This document shows positions 43,366 through 56,891 of a stretch of DNA of 64,000 nucleotides, in pieces. Numbering within the stretch: the stretch's first letter is position 1; every line of letters begins with the position of its first letter. A model generated the notes under the pieces. The model was given only the letters and a program-made list of their open reading frames with translations, was not told where the DNA came from and did not search any database. Source of the stretch: the human T2T-CHM13v2.0 reference genome, Homo sapiens; NCBI RefSeq assembly GCF_009914755.1, contig NC_060928.1. One strand, given 5' to 3'. Position numbers and translations under genes: made by a program.

Positions 43366-43532
43366 GGGCTGCCAAGATAGATGAAACAAGGTCTCTGTCT
43401 TCCGAGTTTACACTGTAATAGGAAAGACGTGAATAAATGCAGGGCAGTGAGCCACTCTTTGTAACATTAAAAATAAAAAGTGGAGGAGCATTAGAGGAGA
43501 GAGGGAGTTATTTTGTAACTGAGGGATGGAGC

Positions 43533-43643
43533 AGGGTGGCCAACTCATCCAGGCTTGTTGGGAATTTTTCTGGTTTTAGAACTGAAATTGTAAGTTCTAG
43601 GAAACCTCTCAGTCTCATGCAAACCAGAGTGATTGGTCACTCT
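43533..43643 (+). mobile_element. MER94 (hAT-Blackjack) nested in an antisense L2 (about 43370-44010)
   Basis: TIRs agggtggccaac / attggtcactct; ggttttagaactgaaa. Confidence 0.75.
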
Positions 43644-44734
43644 AGTTGGTGGTATGAGTTTCTGATGGGAGTTTTGAATGGTAAAGGGCCTACCAAGTGG
43701 GCTGTATGGAAGTGCAGGGGAAGGTCGAGATGGATCCATTTCAGGCAGCGACGACGACTTGCAAAAAGGTCTGCATGGATCAGGGCTTGGAAGCACAAGG
43801 AGCTTAGTTCTCTGGTGTGAAGGCTGTGAAGTGGGGTCGGAAGATGAGTCTGGAGAGGTAGCTCTAGGTCATGAATGGACTTTCTTATATGTCCGGAAGC
43901 TTTGTGTTTCATCCTGAGGGCATCATGGGAGTCATTGATAATGTTGAAGCAGGTGGTAGGAGAACATAGTTGTGCTCTTCCCTGAATTTGGCTGTTCATT
44001 TTAAAAAGATCCCTGGAGGAGGCTCTGGGGTCAGATGCTTATTTCCTTCCAGCACCATGGACTCATTCTGGGACCAACTCATTTAACCCCTCTCTATATG
44101 CCAGACTCATTAGGGAAACACAGGGGTCACAGTTTTCCCAGGGCAACATTCAGATGAAAGCAGTTTTTATCTCTTGTGAGAATTCTTTGGATGAAACAGC
44201 TTAGGAAGTTGCCCAGTATTCAGACATCAGATTTTGTGAGGCTCTGAAGCCCATCTGGGCTTTGCCACACAACCCTAACAAGTTCATCAAGTTGAGTCTC
44301 GCGACAGCAACTCTAAAGAACAGAGCTTGTCCTCTAACCCAGATGATGTGGAGATTAATGAAGTTTAGTTTGAAAGAGTTTTGCACTCTTGGAGGGAATT
44401 TCTCACATAGATGTTTCTGCTATTGTAGAAATAATAGTGGCATCACAGCCAAATAAAACATAACTAATTTTCCCAAGTCAGTGTGTTTCCTTGCTGGAAA
44501 AGACCACACCAATGACAATCCCATTTTAATAGTTGAAGTATTCTGATGCAACATTAACCTTTGGTGGATTATAACATTTTGATATCACTATTTCATCAAC
44601 ATTTTTCTAATCCCTCTCCATACACTAATCCATTTAATTGAATGGGTCTTAGATAACATTTCATGTTAACTTTTACCTCATCTTCCTCACTCTCCCCTAA
44701 TTTTAAAAGAAACAAAGAAACAGCCTACCGAGTC

Positions 44735-45100
44735 TGATATGGTTTAGCTGTGTAACTATCCAAATCTCATCTTGAATTGTTGTTCCCATAATCCCCATGT
44801 GTGGTGGAAGGGGCCCAGCTGGAGGTAATTGAATCATGGGGGTCAGGTTTTTCCTGTGCTGTTCTCGCGATGGTGAATAAGTCTCAAGAGATCTGATGGT
44901 TTTATAAAGGGCAGTTCCCCCACACACGCTCTTTTCCCTGCTTCCAGGGAAGGTGTGCCTTTGCTCCTCCTTCGCATTCTGCCATGATTATGAGGCTTCC
45001 CCAGCCATGTGAAACCGTGAGTCCATTAAAACTCTTTTTCTTTACAAATCATCCAGTCTTGGGCATGTCTTTATTAGCAGTGTGAGAATGAGTCAATGCA
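44735..45100 (+). mobile_element. THE1C solo LTR
   Basis: ttttataaagggcagttcccc...cctttgctcctccttcg; perfect TSD gagtc. Confidence 0.93.
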
Positions 45101-45189
45101 GAGTCCTTAGTTCACAACATCACAAAGAACAAAAAGAGGAATAATAAAAATAAGTAAACAATAAAAATAAACCACAAACATTAGTCCCT

Positions 45190-45575
45190 GAAAGTGATGT
45201 ATCTACATAAAGTATGTGGAATGTGTCAGTATGGGAGATTTGCCTCTTCTCTCCCATTTATTCATTTAGTCAACCATTTACTTACATTAATTTGGACACC
45301 TGGATATTCATTTTATACTTTGGATTATAATCCAATACTATATTATTTATTTTCTTGCCCAGAATATTCCATATTGTTCAATGAGGGAGCTTTTTCAGTT
45401 GCTTCTTGTGTGCCTTTGACCTGCTCCATTCTTTTGTTTTTTGAATCCTTACTTACTGGCCTAACAAGGTGTTCCAGGCACATTTGTATATTCCCTGTGC
45501 CAGCCCTAGAATTAGCCCACTTCTTAAGCTGGAGAAGGGCATTAGAAAACAAAATCAGGGTGCTGGCATGTCACC
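45190..45575 (-). mobile_element. L1MC/L1MD 3' region fragment
   Basis: attttatactttggattataatccaatact...cctgtgccagccctagaattagcc...ttagaaaacaaaatcagggtgct. Confidence 0.75.
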
Positions 45576-46669
45576 TTTGTTTTTGAGAGTTGTCCTTAGG
45601 CTGAAAATATGACAATTTTGTCTGTATCTGGAATGCTGAGTTACTGTTAACTCTGCTTTGCAAATTTTACTGAAAGCAAATTCTCTTTAGCTTTTTGGAT
45701 GCATGCAGTACCATCCTTAAATTCAGCTATAAAACTTACACACTGTTTTCAGGAGCTACCAGTCATGTGTTTGAGATTTGATTTTGACTTTGTAGTTCTT
45801 CGTCCTATTCTTCATGTTCTGGTGGATTTTCCAGAGTTTCCTATGTATGCCTTGCTCTGTTTTTGGTTTGTCCTATAAGCCACTCGGCACTTCCTTCTCA
45901 CACCTGAGCTTAGTGAAGATAATAGCTAAGGGAGGCCTTGGCCCGCTATGATGTCCCAGTACCTAAAGTACTATTTGGCATAGAGTGAGCACTCAATACC
46001 TATTTGTCAAGTGAAGGAATTAATGAATACATTCTGATAATAGGATTTATGCAAGATACTATTGATCAGCAATAGCTTAACATGATATTCTTTTGAGGTC
46101 TAAATTGGTGAAAACCGCAGATGAGATCCATGGTGATACTATGTTAAAGTGATGACAGCTGTCTGGGTTGATTAATCCCACCAATCGTGCAGTCACCTAA
46201 TCACCTTAGAAGACCTTTGGGTTAGAGGGGACATTAAAAGTCTTTAAGCCCATTATTGTATCTTCTCCATCTGATGCTCAGCTTTTCTGTGATTTAGAAC
46301 GATTGATTCTTCACCTAAGGTGCTGAACACAGTCCGAGGAAGGTGGTGTCAGTGGAAGGAGCCAGGAGGTTTTATGGCACGGTGGGCAGAGAGAGGGACA
46401 CATTTTTGTCTTGTGATGAATCATCAAGAAAAATGGACTGAAGTGAACATTTATTAAATGCCTAATATGAGCCAGACACTGTGATAGGTCACATTCTCCT
46501 CTTCCTCCTTTTTGCATTCTTTTTCTTCTTTTCGCTCCCCTTCCTCTTTTCCTTTCCCTTCCCCTCCTTTTTCTCTGCTTTTCCATATAACCATTTATCC
46601 ATTGACCCTGCTCTTCTCTCCATCGCCTCTCTCCATCACCTGTTTTTCATTATCCAGTTTAATAATACT

Positions 46670-48180
46670 ATGTGAGCTTCCTACTCCCTGTCTAGCTTGT
46701 AAGAAACTTGGCAATTATCACTCTGTCCTAACAACAAATAGAAAGCTGAACAAGCCAAACAATAAAAAATTATTCTTAAAAATTATCAGAGAAGTCAGGT
46801 CACAGGGCAATCATTGTTCCCCAAAATTGGAGAGACAGACAGATGAACACAGAAAGTCACAACTTACCAGAGCAGGAACCTCTTTGGGAACCAGAGCCAA
46901 ATAAAGAAAATCTGAACCATAATGGAGAAATTGCTGGAGGCTCAGAGTGCAAGTGCCTGAGGGGTTCTTCCTGCCCACTGCACAAATAAAGATCATGGCA
47001 TTGCAGTAAAGAAAGTTTAATTGACACAAAGGCGGCTGTGCCACATGGAAGACGGAATTATTACTCAAATCAGTCACATCTTAGGTTGGTAGATTAGTTT
47101 TCCAAAGGCAGTTTGGGGAAGGGGTGGAGGTGGCCAGCTAATGGGTGCTTGCTGCTGATTGTTTGGGGTGGAGATAAAATTGTAGGAGGCTGAAGCTGTC
47201 CTCTTGAGCTGAATCACTCCTGGATGGGGTTACAGGAGTGGTAGAGCCAACAGTCCAGGTGGAGCTATGGGGGTCAGACATGCAGAAAACCTGAAAAGAC
47301 ATCTCAAAAGGCCAGTCTCCAATAGTGAAGCTGCTTCTTTCACAAGAGAGACCAGTCCACAGCTTACGACTTCAGGCTTCTCTCCTTCCCCTGGTCAGAT
47401 GGTCTCTCATTAGTTTACAAAGGTGGTTGAGTTTTGGGGAAGGGCTATTATCATTTAAACTATGACCTAAATGTCTTCCAAACTTATCTCTGCACAAAAG
47501 CCCAGGAATAATTAAGGGAAAGGAAAGATGGGGTGTGGGTTAGATCAGATCTCTTTTACTGCCATAATTTTCTCACTGATATAATCTTTGCAAAGGCAGT
47601 TTCAAGAGTAAACAAGCCTGGGAGTAAAAAACTCCAGGGGACCCACTCGCACTCATGGCCCACAGTTATCTGCACTTAACCTTCAAGGGCTAAACCAGGT
47701 TCTCATAGTGAATATCAGAGAAAAATCCTCTCATGTTTCCAGCAGAGGAAGGGAAAATGTAGTCATTTTGAAATACACTAGAGCACTTGATTCTTCTTAA
47801 CAAGGCCTGTCATTAAAAAAAACTGTTTTACCAGAGCCTAAACTATTGGAGTTTTATAGAGCCTAACTGACCTGGGGGAATGGAGATACTCAACTCCAGC
47901 CCACTCTAGGTATCCTGTCTTAAGAGCTTAGTGTGGGACTAAGAAGCACATGCAAAAATGTCCAGAGGTACAGATTCATCAAAAGACTAAGATCTGATCA
48001 TAGGACTATATAATGCATTTGCTGCCCACCACACTGCTAAAGGCATATTTACCACAATTCCCTTTACCCAGTGTATCGTATCCAACTAGAAAGAAAACAA
48101 TTGCAAGACATACTTAAAACCACAATATAAAGAGAAGGAGCAAACATTAGAGCCAGACTCAGGTATGGCAGAGGTGTTGG
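46670..48180 (+). mobile_element. Old L1M (L1MDa-like) 5' region, split by an ERV1 LTR
   Basis: gtcctaacaacaaatagaaagctgaacaa...gtcacagggc; continues after 47608 to gagcaaacattagagccagactcaggtatggcagaggtgttgg. Confidence 0.6.
46948..47604 (-). mobile_element. LTR8A/B-like ERV1 solo LTR
   Basis: Reverse complement begins tgaaactgcctttgcaaag; perfect 4 bp TSD agag at 46944-46947 and 47605-47608. Confidence 0.8.
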
Positions 48181-48199
48181 TATACTGTGTGAGGTACCA

Positions 48200-48345
48200 G
48201 ACATCAACCCATTTACATCCTATGTAATCCTTACAACCTCAGGAACTAAGTATGATTTTAGTCATTTTACGGATAAAACATCTGAGGCTCTGAGAGGTTA
48301 AGTAAACTGTTAAAGGTCCCACAGCTTCTAAGGGCAGGTATAGAG
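48200..48345 (-). mobile_element. MIR fragment
   Basis: cattttacggataaaacatctgaggctctgagaggttaagtaa. Confidence 0.7.
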
Positions 48346-48404
48346 GTCATCAAGACACACACCATGTGGTCCAGGGAAAGCCTTTGTAATGATGCTTACC
48401 TGCT

Positions 48405-48631
48405 ACAGTTGTGCCTTCCAGTATGGAAGCCACTAGACATTGGTGGCTATTTAAATGTAAATTAATTAAAATTAAGGTTAAATTAATTATAATTAAATTA
48501 ATTTTATTTCCTCATTTGCATGAGCCAGGATTCATGAGCTCAATGGCTGGTTGGGCTAGTAGTGATTATATTAGACTGAGCAGATATAGAATAGTTCCAC
48601 TACTGCAGAAATGTCTATTGGGTAGTGCTAT
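48405..48631. mobile_element. MER3 (hAT-Charlie)
   Basis: gccactagacattggtggctatttaaat...gcagatatagaa...ctgcagaaatgtctattgg. Confidence 0.75.
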
Positions 48632-49200
48632 TTAGAGTATTAATTAGTAGACCAGGAAACAACCTCCTTCACACCCAAGTTGAAAAGCACTTGGGCTGCA
48701 GATCAACTTCTATTTGTTACTTTCTTCCCACATTTAAGTCAAAGTTCCTGGCTCAACATCTTCTCTTATTAGTATAACTGGACACCCCCCAGAGGAAGAT
48801 GTACATATTACCAGTAATTGACATGGTCTCCCACTGGTGGCCAGGTAGTGCCTTCCTGTTTAAGCAAAAAGCAGCTGATGCAGGTTTCTCTCTCTCTTCC
48901 TTCAGCAACAACTTAGAGTGGATGCATTCTGCTTTTTTATTCTTGTCTCGAAATTTATTTTTGTTAGTTTTGCAATATTGTAGCTTATCCAATTTACGTC
49001 TGCCCTTCAAAGGCTTATATTCTTATTTTTTCTCTGTAGTCTCTAATTTGATCTGGGACTAATGTCAAATCTTTTTTCTACAGCTCTGGTACATACTTCT
49101 TATAAACAGACATCACCCCCATTTGAAAATTGAGACAAGAGTGTGCCTTCTTGGATAATGTAGATAAAGGTTGCTTTTGTAATTGTTAGACTCAAAGTTG

Positions 49201-49537
<337 letters not shown>

Positions 49538-49768
49538 TGAGTAAGAGCTTGTGTAAACCTGGGGGTTATTGAGACAGCCAATGGAACTCTCAACTCCTCT
49601 CTGACTTTCTAAATAAAAGCCTTTCACAACACAGCTGTCCCTTTGGGAGAGTAAGTAGAGGGAGGGAAAAAAACCATATATGGGGTTTGTGTGTGTGGTC
49701 GTGTCTCCAAGAAACAGATAGGGAGCAACAGGCTGTGTGCCTTGCTCTCGATTTGCTGTTATTCTTGC

Positions 49769-50115
49769 TTTTTTTTTTTTTTTTTTTGAGACCGAGTCTC
49801 ACCCTGTCGCCCAGGCTGGAGTGCAGTCGAGCCATCTCGGCTCACCGCAACCTGTGCCTCCTGGGTTCAAGCGATTCTCCTGCCTGGCTCACCGCAACCT
49901 GTGTCTCCCGGGTTCAAGCGATTCTCCTGCCTCAGCCTCCTGAGTAACTGGGATTACAGGCGTGCGCCACCATGCCTGGCTAATTTTTTGTATCTTTAGT
50001 AGAGATGGGATTTCACCATGTTGGCCAGGCTGGTCTCAAACCCCTGACCTGGTGATCTGCCTGCCTCAGCCTTCCAAAGTGCTGGGATTACAGGCGTGAG
50101 CTACGGCGCCCAGCC
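49769..50115 (-). mobile_element. AluSg-like SINE with a 47 bp internal tandem duplication
   Basis: TSD tat(t/c)cttgc; duplicated block at 49839-49885 and 49886-49932. Confidence 0.95.
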
Positions 50116-51165
50116 TATCCTTGCTTTTTATATTTTATTTTAACTATCTTTGGGACAAGAAAACTGTGTGTTTTCCCAGGGAATGTTAGCACAGTGGAGA
50201 GTGGTCAGTATTTTAAAGGCCTTTCTTGTTTGAGGATTAAGAGGAGTAAGTGTGATGGATGAATGGGGAGATGCTAGTGAAATGCCCCTGGAAGCTGGAA
50301 ACAATTCAAAGCAGCTTGCCTGCTCCACCTATCTTTAGGCTTAGTATAGCTACTCAGATTTCCCCGAGTTGATAGTCAAATATGAAGTGATTATAAGCAA
50401 AAAGAAACAAACAAAATGAGATGAATTGCTCCCAAGGAACTTAAACAGAACAAGGAAGGACGTCCCAAGTATCAATCATATGAGACCCGAGTTTTCTGTA
50501 TGCACTTAAAGCCCCAATTACCTAAGATGAGAGAAACTGAAACTCAGGAGTTTCTTATTAACAACTTAAAGCTCAGGCCCCTTCATAAAATTTCAATTCA
50601 TTCTGGGCTTTGGCACAGAGATGGAGTCCTATGTGATTTTTTTCCCTGTTAGAATTGGAGACTTGATTTGGAAACACCACAATAAAACTAACTCATATTC
50701 CCAAAGCACAAAATGCAGAAGCAGACATTTATTTCTTCAATACAGTGGAGATTTTGTATAAATTTAACTTCTGATTAGAAAACTTTTTACATTGGAAAAT
50801 TTCAGCAATGAAATTTCAGTAATAAGCCAAATGCAGGTCTGCTCGAGGTCGAATGAAATTTAGATGAAAAATCCAGGATTATCAAAAAGAATGAGGGAAC
50901 TTCAAGTTTCTGTACATCCAAGGTTAATGGGTTGGATTCTTTCATTTTTGATTTTTATGGCAGCACATAATTTCTCTTCCTAGTTGGCTTTCTGCTTTTT
51001 TCAAGCAATAAGTTTTGAGTTAAAATAGTATACCTCACTTGTAATCAAGCCTGTATGTTTTCCTATGTGAATATTTCTATAGTACCTATCACTTGAGCAT
51101 GCTATGGATTATTTTCTTTCATAGAAAATAACAACACATGAAATAGTCCTTTAGTAATATTTTCT

Positions 51166-51469
51166 TTTTTCTTTTCTTTTCTTTTTCGAGCCAGAGTCTC
51201 ACTCTGTCACCCAGGCTGGAGTGCAGTGGTACAATCTCAGGTCACTGCAACCTTCGCCTCCTGGGTTTGAGTGATTCTCATGCCACAGCCTCTGGAGTAG
51301 CTGGAACTATAGGCACCTACCACCACGCCTGGCTGATTTTTGTATTTTTAGTAGAGATGGGGTTTCACCATGTTGGCCAGGCTGGTCTTGAACTCCTGAC
51401 CTCAAGTGATCTGCCCACCTCGGCCTCCCAAAGTGCTGGGATTACAGGTGTGAGCCACTGTGCCTGGCC
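51166..51469 (-). mobile_element. AluSz-like SINE
   Basis: Full dimer; TSD t(a/g)gtaatattttct. Confidence 0.95.
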
Positions 51470-52789
51470 ACTGGTAATATTTTCTAGCAGGATGTATTAA
51501 TCCTAGTCATTTAATTATTGAGAAACTGAGGTATAAAGGAATGAGTCTATGGTGAGCAGTTCGCATTGAACTTATCCTCTTCTAAATAAGAAAGGATATA
51601 ACATTCATTAAGCATCTAATTCCACACCTATTTTCTCATTAATTTGTAGCATATACTCTTTATAGCAATCGTTGGGGAAAGCACCCTAGTATTGTCTGTT
51701 TCTCTCTGCGTTGTTGCCTTTCATTCTGATGCCATCATAGCACCTTTATCATTCACTCTTTCTAATAAGACTGTAAATTATTTATGGGCAACGATGGTGC
51801 TTTGAACTTGTGTTTCTCTGTCATAATGCCTAGCATAAATACTCGAACACAGTCTAATCAAAATGTCAATCGTGACAAGAGATGCCTGCCAGACCAGTTG
51901 TTGGAGACCTCCAGTTTTAACTTAAGAGGCCTCACTTATGCTGTGTCTTTGGGAGAAAGTGAATAGGGGCTGAAGGGATATAGGAGGAAACCAGGGAGAA
52001 TCTTCATCCTGCAAGATTTCCCTCAGATCAACGTTGTCTCCGTAGTTTCTCTTGTGGGAGCCTTACCCTTTACTTATGCCATGTTGAATAGAGGGAAGGA
52101 CTTAACAGAAGGGATTTATGGCTGAAAGCTTCCTTAATTATAGGCTAGTATAATAAGTCCTTCCACTATCTTAATGATTGGGGAATTAAGAAGCTCCTTA
52201 ATAGAAATTGACAGGTTCCATTGTCATTGCAAAGAAGGTTCTGTTATGGTCTAGAGTACCCTGCCAACCATCCAAGGATTTAGGGTTCCCCAAAGGCTCA
52301 TTAACATCTTAGACCATAAGGTCTCCAAAGGAGGCACTAATGGTCCACCTCGTTATGATCTGAGGATAATGACTGCTTGACATCCATATCCATTGAGATG
52401 ATAATCGCTCTGTAAAAACTGTTATGATGTCAGCAGCCAAAAAAAAAAGAAAATCTCATTTGCACTTTATAATCTTTGGTTTCTAATATAGTATTTAAAT
52501 TATGCTAGAATTATTTTATGAATCTGGCTTAATAGAGGCAATGCATATGATGCTCTTTAAAAAAAATTAAAAGTCTCTTTTAAAAAAGTTGTTATCACCC
52601 TTATATCACTGCATAAATGAAGGGTAAGATTAGTAAAGCTCTTATAGCACCGAAATACTTATGAGTAATTGAATAAAAAACAAAGACTTAAATTTCCCTT
52701 AATTTACATACACATTTACTCCAGGGAGTGAAAAGAAATTCTCTTCTTAGAATGCCCCCAAACAGAGAAAAAAAGCTCATAGTGGTAAT

Positions 52790-53180
52790 AATACTAATAG
52801 GAGAGATTGTCAACTCACGCCGAGTGCTTATTATGCATCTTGTCCTGCACTAAGTAATTTTCCTGCATCTCATTTTCATCTTCGCTGAAACATCTCTGAG
52901 GGGGCATCTCTCTTGCCCTCACTGTACAGATGAGAATAGGGAGGTGCACAGTGGTGAAAGATGCTGTCCGTGATCTTCAAGGTGGTGCATAGCAAGGCGT
53001 GATTCAAATTGATTCACTCTGGATTCAGACTTGTGCTGTAACGATGAGGATTGTGTGCCAGAAAGAGTTATGGGTTTCAGAATCGGGAGAAATGGGCTTA
53101 TGCTTGGCCACTAACTAGCTGTGTGAACTTGGAGAATTTATTTCACCTCTTGGGACATTCTGGACTAGTAAATCTTGAAA
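52790..53180. mobile_element. MIR (-, about 52790-53040) and MIR fragment (+, about 53050-53180)
   Basis: gagtgcttattatgc...tacagatgagaa; gccactaactagctgtgtgaacttggagaatt. Confidence 0.65.
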
Positions 53181-53724
53181 GCATTTTTTACTACCAACGT
53201 TTATACTGACAAGGACATCTCAGTAGCAGAACTGAAATCAGAATTTTCACATTACTCTCTCAATAGCTACCAGTATTCATGAGTAGTAACATCATCGTTT
53301 TCCCATTGTAATTCAGTTTGGCTGAATGGTTTTCCACTTTGGTACGAAAGTGCTGATTTTAAAATAATCTTACTGCTTATAGAAAACATATGGAAAAAAA
53401 CCATCCCATATTATTGTTTAACTCTGTAAAGTATACCAAAAACCATTTTTCCAATCAATTTCTATTTGACTTTAAACAAGGGAAAAATGGAGATGAGTGT
53501 AAACAAAAATCTATTAGTCAGTGTTAGTACAGCCTTTTTATAGCTCTAAGCATTTCCCTGTGTATAAACATAAGAAAGCAAATTAACATTTTAAAGAGAT
53601 TTCTCTATTGGGTTATATTTAATAACAAACCAGCATAAAAAGAAGGAATCTTGTAATAATAATTTTCTAAAAATCTGCAGATGCTCTTACAGCCTTGAAG
53701 CTTAGCTATTTGTTGGAGCTAAAG

Positions 53725-53758
53725 CTGCAATACCCAGATTCTTCCACTAGAGGGGTGA
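53725..53758 (+). promoter_or_regulatory. Candidate CTCF site (core plus upstream motif)
   Basis: ctgcaatacc-cagattctt-ccactagaggggtg; the core matches CCASYAGRKGG but has G at the usual C position. Confidence 0.5.
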
Positions 53759-54839
53759 ATTGTTCCTAATGAATAAGATCTCATTGTCTGGGGAGGGGGA
53801 CAGACTGGTGCTGATAACTTACAATGATACTGTGGACTCCAAAAATATACTTGGAGTGGCCTTTACCATAATATTCATATTCAGTGAAACTAGCTATAGG
53901 ACAGAGTGATAGAAAAGAGGTTTTAACTATCAAGTCCTAATGGAAGTACAATCTTGTTATTATGAAATTATTTAGGCTATGGATGGGAAAAGAAATAGTT
54001 GTATTCAAGTTGTAACAAAAGATGTCAATTTGGCTGCAGAATGATAGATGAAAATAGAACTTCTGGGGGACAGTATGGTAATTCTGAGTATCTGAGGAGA
54101 AAGTTCACTGAGAACCTCAAACATTTATGGTTACTACAGTTGTCTTGCAGAAATACATTCATTGCAATTTTTACACAAAACATGATTAATTAGAAAAACA
54201 ATAGGCCTGGGCATAAATAGCCAACATTCTCTACTTTGTTTTTTAAGGAGAAAGGAATGTACTGCTGACAAATTCTCTTCAGCTGCACAGTTCATTTCCT
54301 ATTTGCTACTGCGTTCTCCAGGGATAGTGAAATGTCTGACTGTAGCAGGCAAAATATTGAAGGAATAGAAGTGTCATAAGCCACAAGATTGGCCAAAAAT
54401 ATATATTAGCATGTCCTGACAATCATTGTTTAAAAAGTAAAAGTCAAAAACTAGTTTCTAGTGTTCTAGCAAAAGCAGAAATGCTTTAAGCAAATAATTT
54501 CAAGTTATTTCCAGTCCAATGTTGCACATTGACTTTATGTGCACAGAATGTAGACATCATTTTGACATGTTGCTGATGGAAGAGATGCAAAGAAATAAAA
54601 ATGAGCAGAAAAGAGGTATTTCAAAGGAGGCATATATATATATATATATAATTTTTTTAAGAGAAATTCATATGTTAGAGGTTGTTTTCAGTAGTTTCCA
54701 AGTTTTTTAAAGGATCCTTCTTGAGGAGACTTTATATAAAACTCTCCATCAATGCACAGTCCTTTCAGTTTGTGTCAAGGAACAGTTTCTGACACAGTAA
54801 GAAATACTAGCTGGTGTCTGGGATAAAATTTACTTCCAT

Positions 54840-54841
<2 letters not shown>

Positions 54842-54887
<46 letters not shown>
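54842..54887. repeat. (CA)23 microsatellite
   Basis: Seen directly, uninterrupted. Confidence 0.97.
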
Positions 54888-54891
<4 letters not shown>

Positions 54892-55464
54892 CAATCATTA
54901 TTCACAGATCCTGTATTTGCAAATTTGTCTACTTGTTAAAATTTATTTGAAACCACAAAATCCATATTTCAGGTGATTGTTGGTCATTCCTAGGCATGCA
55001 TGGGGTGGGAAAATTTTGATCTGACCATATGCAAATACCCAGCTGAGGCTGACATAGCAACACTCTGCCTTCTTATTTCAGCTCTGACTGTAAACAAGGG
55101 TCTTTTTGTGATCCATTTAGTGCCTTTTTTTTTATTTGTGCTTTTTTGTTGGTGTTTTAAAATGGCCCTTAAGTGTCATGCTTAATTGCTGTCTAGTGTT
55201 CCTATGTGCCAAAGGCTGGGATGTGCCTTACAGAGAAAATACATGTTCCAGATAAGCTTGCAAGTTCAATGTTAATGAATCAACAATAATATTTAAAAAG
55301 ATGACTTTAAAACATGATTATGTATTGGTCGATTGATTGAAATGTGACCAGAGGCTCACAGGAACCTGACCTTTCCTTTCCCTTAGGAAAGTTCAGTGCC
55401 CATTAGCTCAGTGTTGGTGGAGACTTCATAGAACACAACTACTGTGAATAATAAGAATCACATG
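54888..55464. mobile_element. MER82 (TcMar-Tigger)
   Basis: cattattcacagatcctgtatttgcaaatt...cccagctgagg...tgtgaccagaggctcacaggaacc...gtgaataataagaatc. Confidence 0.8.
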
Positions 55465-55739
55465 TGTGTGTACAGAGAGTGGAAGGGAAAGGGAGAGAGA
55501 GAAAAGAGGAAAGAATCATAATTGTGAATAACAAAGTGTCCTTCACTTTGGAATATTCCTCTCTGCTGACAAAGACAAAAGCATTTATTTTAATTTTTGC
55601 ATTCAAACCAAACTCAATAGAAGTAGATCAAATACTCCAAAACTGATGAAGGGGAAAACACCCCAGTACAACAAAGGCTGATAGTAAACCATTACCAGCA
55701 GTATAAATGAAGATTTGGTATAATAAGTATGTGTCTGCC

Positions 55740-55950
55740 AATAGCATAAGGTTAGCTCTAGTCTGCCCAGGACTCCATCCCAGCTACGCCAATTGCTACA
55801 AATGTGATCTTAGATGATTTATGAAAAACCTTTAGCCTCAGCTTCTTCATCTGAATAAATAGAAATAATATCTATTCAAATAGTTTCCATGAAGTTTGTA
55901 TAATTTATATAATACAACAAGCATAATGATTATCTTATCAATGAGCATTA
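55740..55950 (+). mobile_element. MIR SINE
   Basis: atcccagctacgcca...tgtgatcttag...gcctcagcttcttcatctg. Confidence 0.65.
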
Positions 55951-56232
55951 TTTTACCTTTTGTATTCATTTTTCCTAACAGTTTTTCTTCATATTCCATA
56001 TAGAAAAAAAAATTAAGACTATGCTCTAAGCAATAGCTTTTAATTTAGGATCAGTCATTTATGATCTCCAGCGTCACCCAGCTCCTTAGCATTTCTCCAC
56101 AGTTCTTCTGTGGTCCTTTGTCAGTCAGTTCCTGTACCCATTTCTTACAATACTTATCTGAAGCTGTTTCCCATATTCTCCTCCTTCTACCCTATCATTT
56201 CCTTTGCTCCTCTCTCACATGGCCTGGATGTC

Positions 56233-56891
56233 TACCATAAAGGACTGAATGTTTGTGTCCCCCCAGAAGAAATTGTGGTAAAATCTCACTCCACAATATG
56301 ATGGTGGGAAGGTGAAGCCTTTTGGAGGTAATTTGGGTCATTAGTCCTAAAAAATGAGACTATGGCCCTTATAAAAGAGGTCCCAGACTGCTCCCTAGCC
56401 CTCTTTCCACCACGTGAAGTTACAATGAGGAGTCAGTAGTCACAAACCAGAAGTGTAGTATGAGGGAAATATGAGAAGAAAGACTGAAGAGGTAGGCAAC
56501 GGACAGATCAGAAAGACCTAGTGAGCTAAGACAAAGAGAAGTCCTCTTTTGCAAGAGCAATAAAGAGGCATCGTAGAAAGTTAAGGAGAGCTGTGATATG
56601 ATCAGATTTTTGTTTCAGGAAAATTCAAATTTGACAGCAGTGGGGAGAATGGATTGCAGGGATCAAGATAAATGCTGAGAGACCCATTAGAAGCTTATGG
56701 CAGTAATCCAGATAAGAAATGGATTACTTAATATAGCCCAGCCACACAGGTACCCTGTGTGGATAACCCAACCACACTGGCACCCTGATTTCAGACTTCT
56801 AGCCTCCAAAACTGTGATAAGTAAATTTCTGTCATTTATAAGCCACCAAATCTGTGGTAGTTTGCTATAGCAATCTTAATGGACTGAGAAA
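56233..56891 (+). mobile_element. MLT1A solo LTR interrupted by an inverted local duplication
   Basis: ggactgaatgtttgtgtcccc...cccttataaaagag...[insert]...ctggcaccctgatttcagacttctagcctcc...tttataagccacc. Confidence 0.88.
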
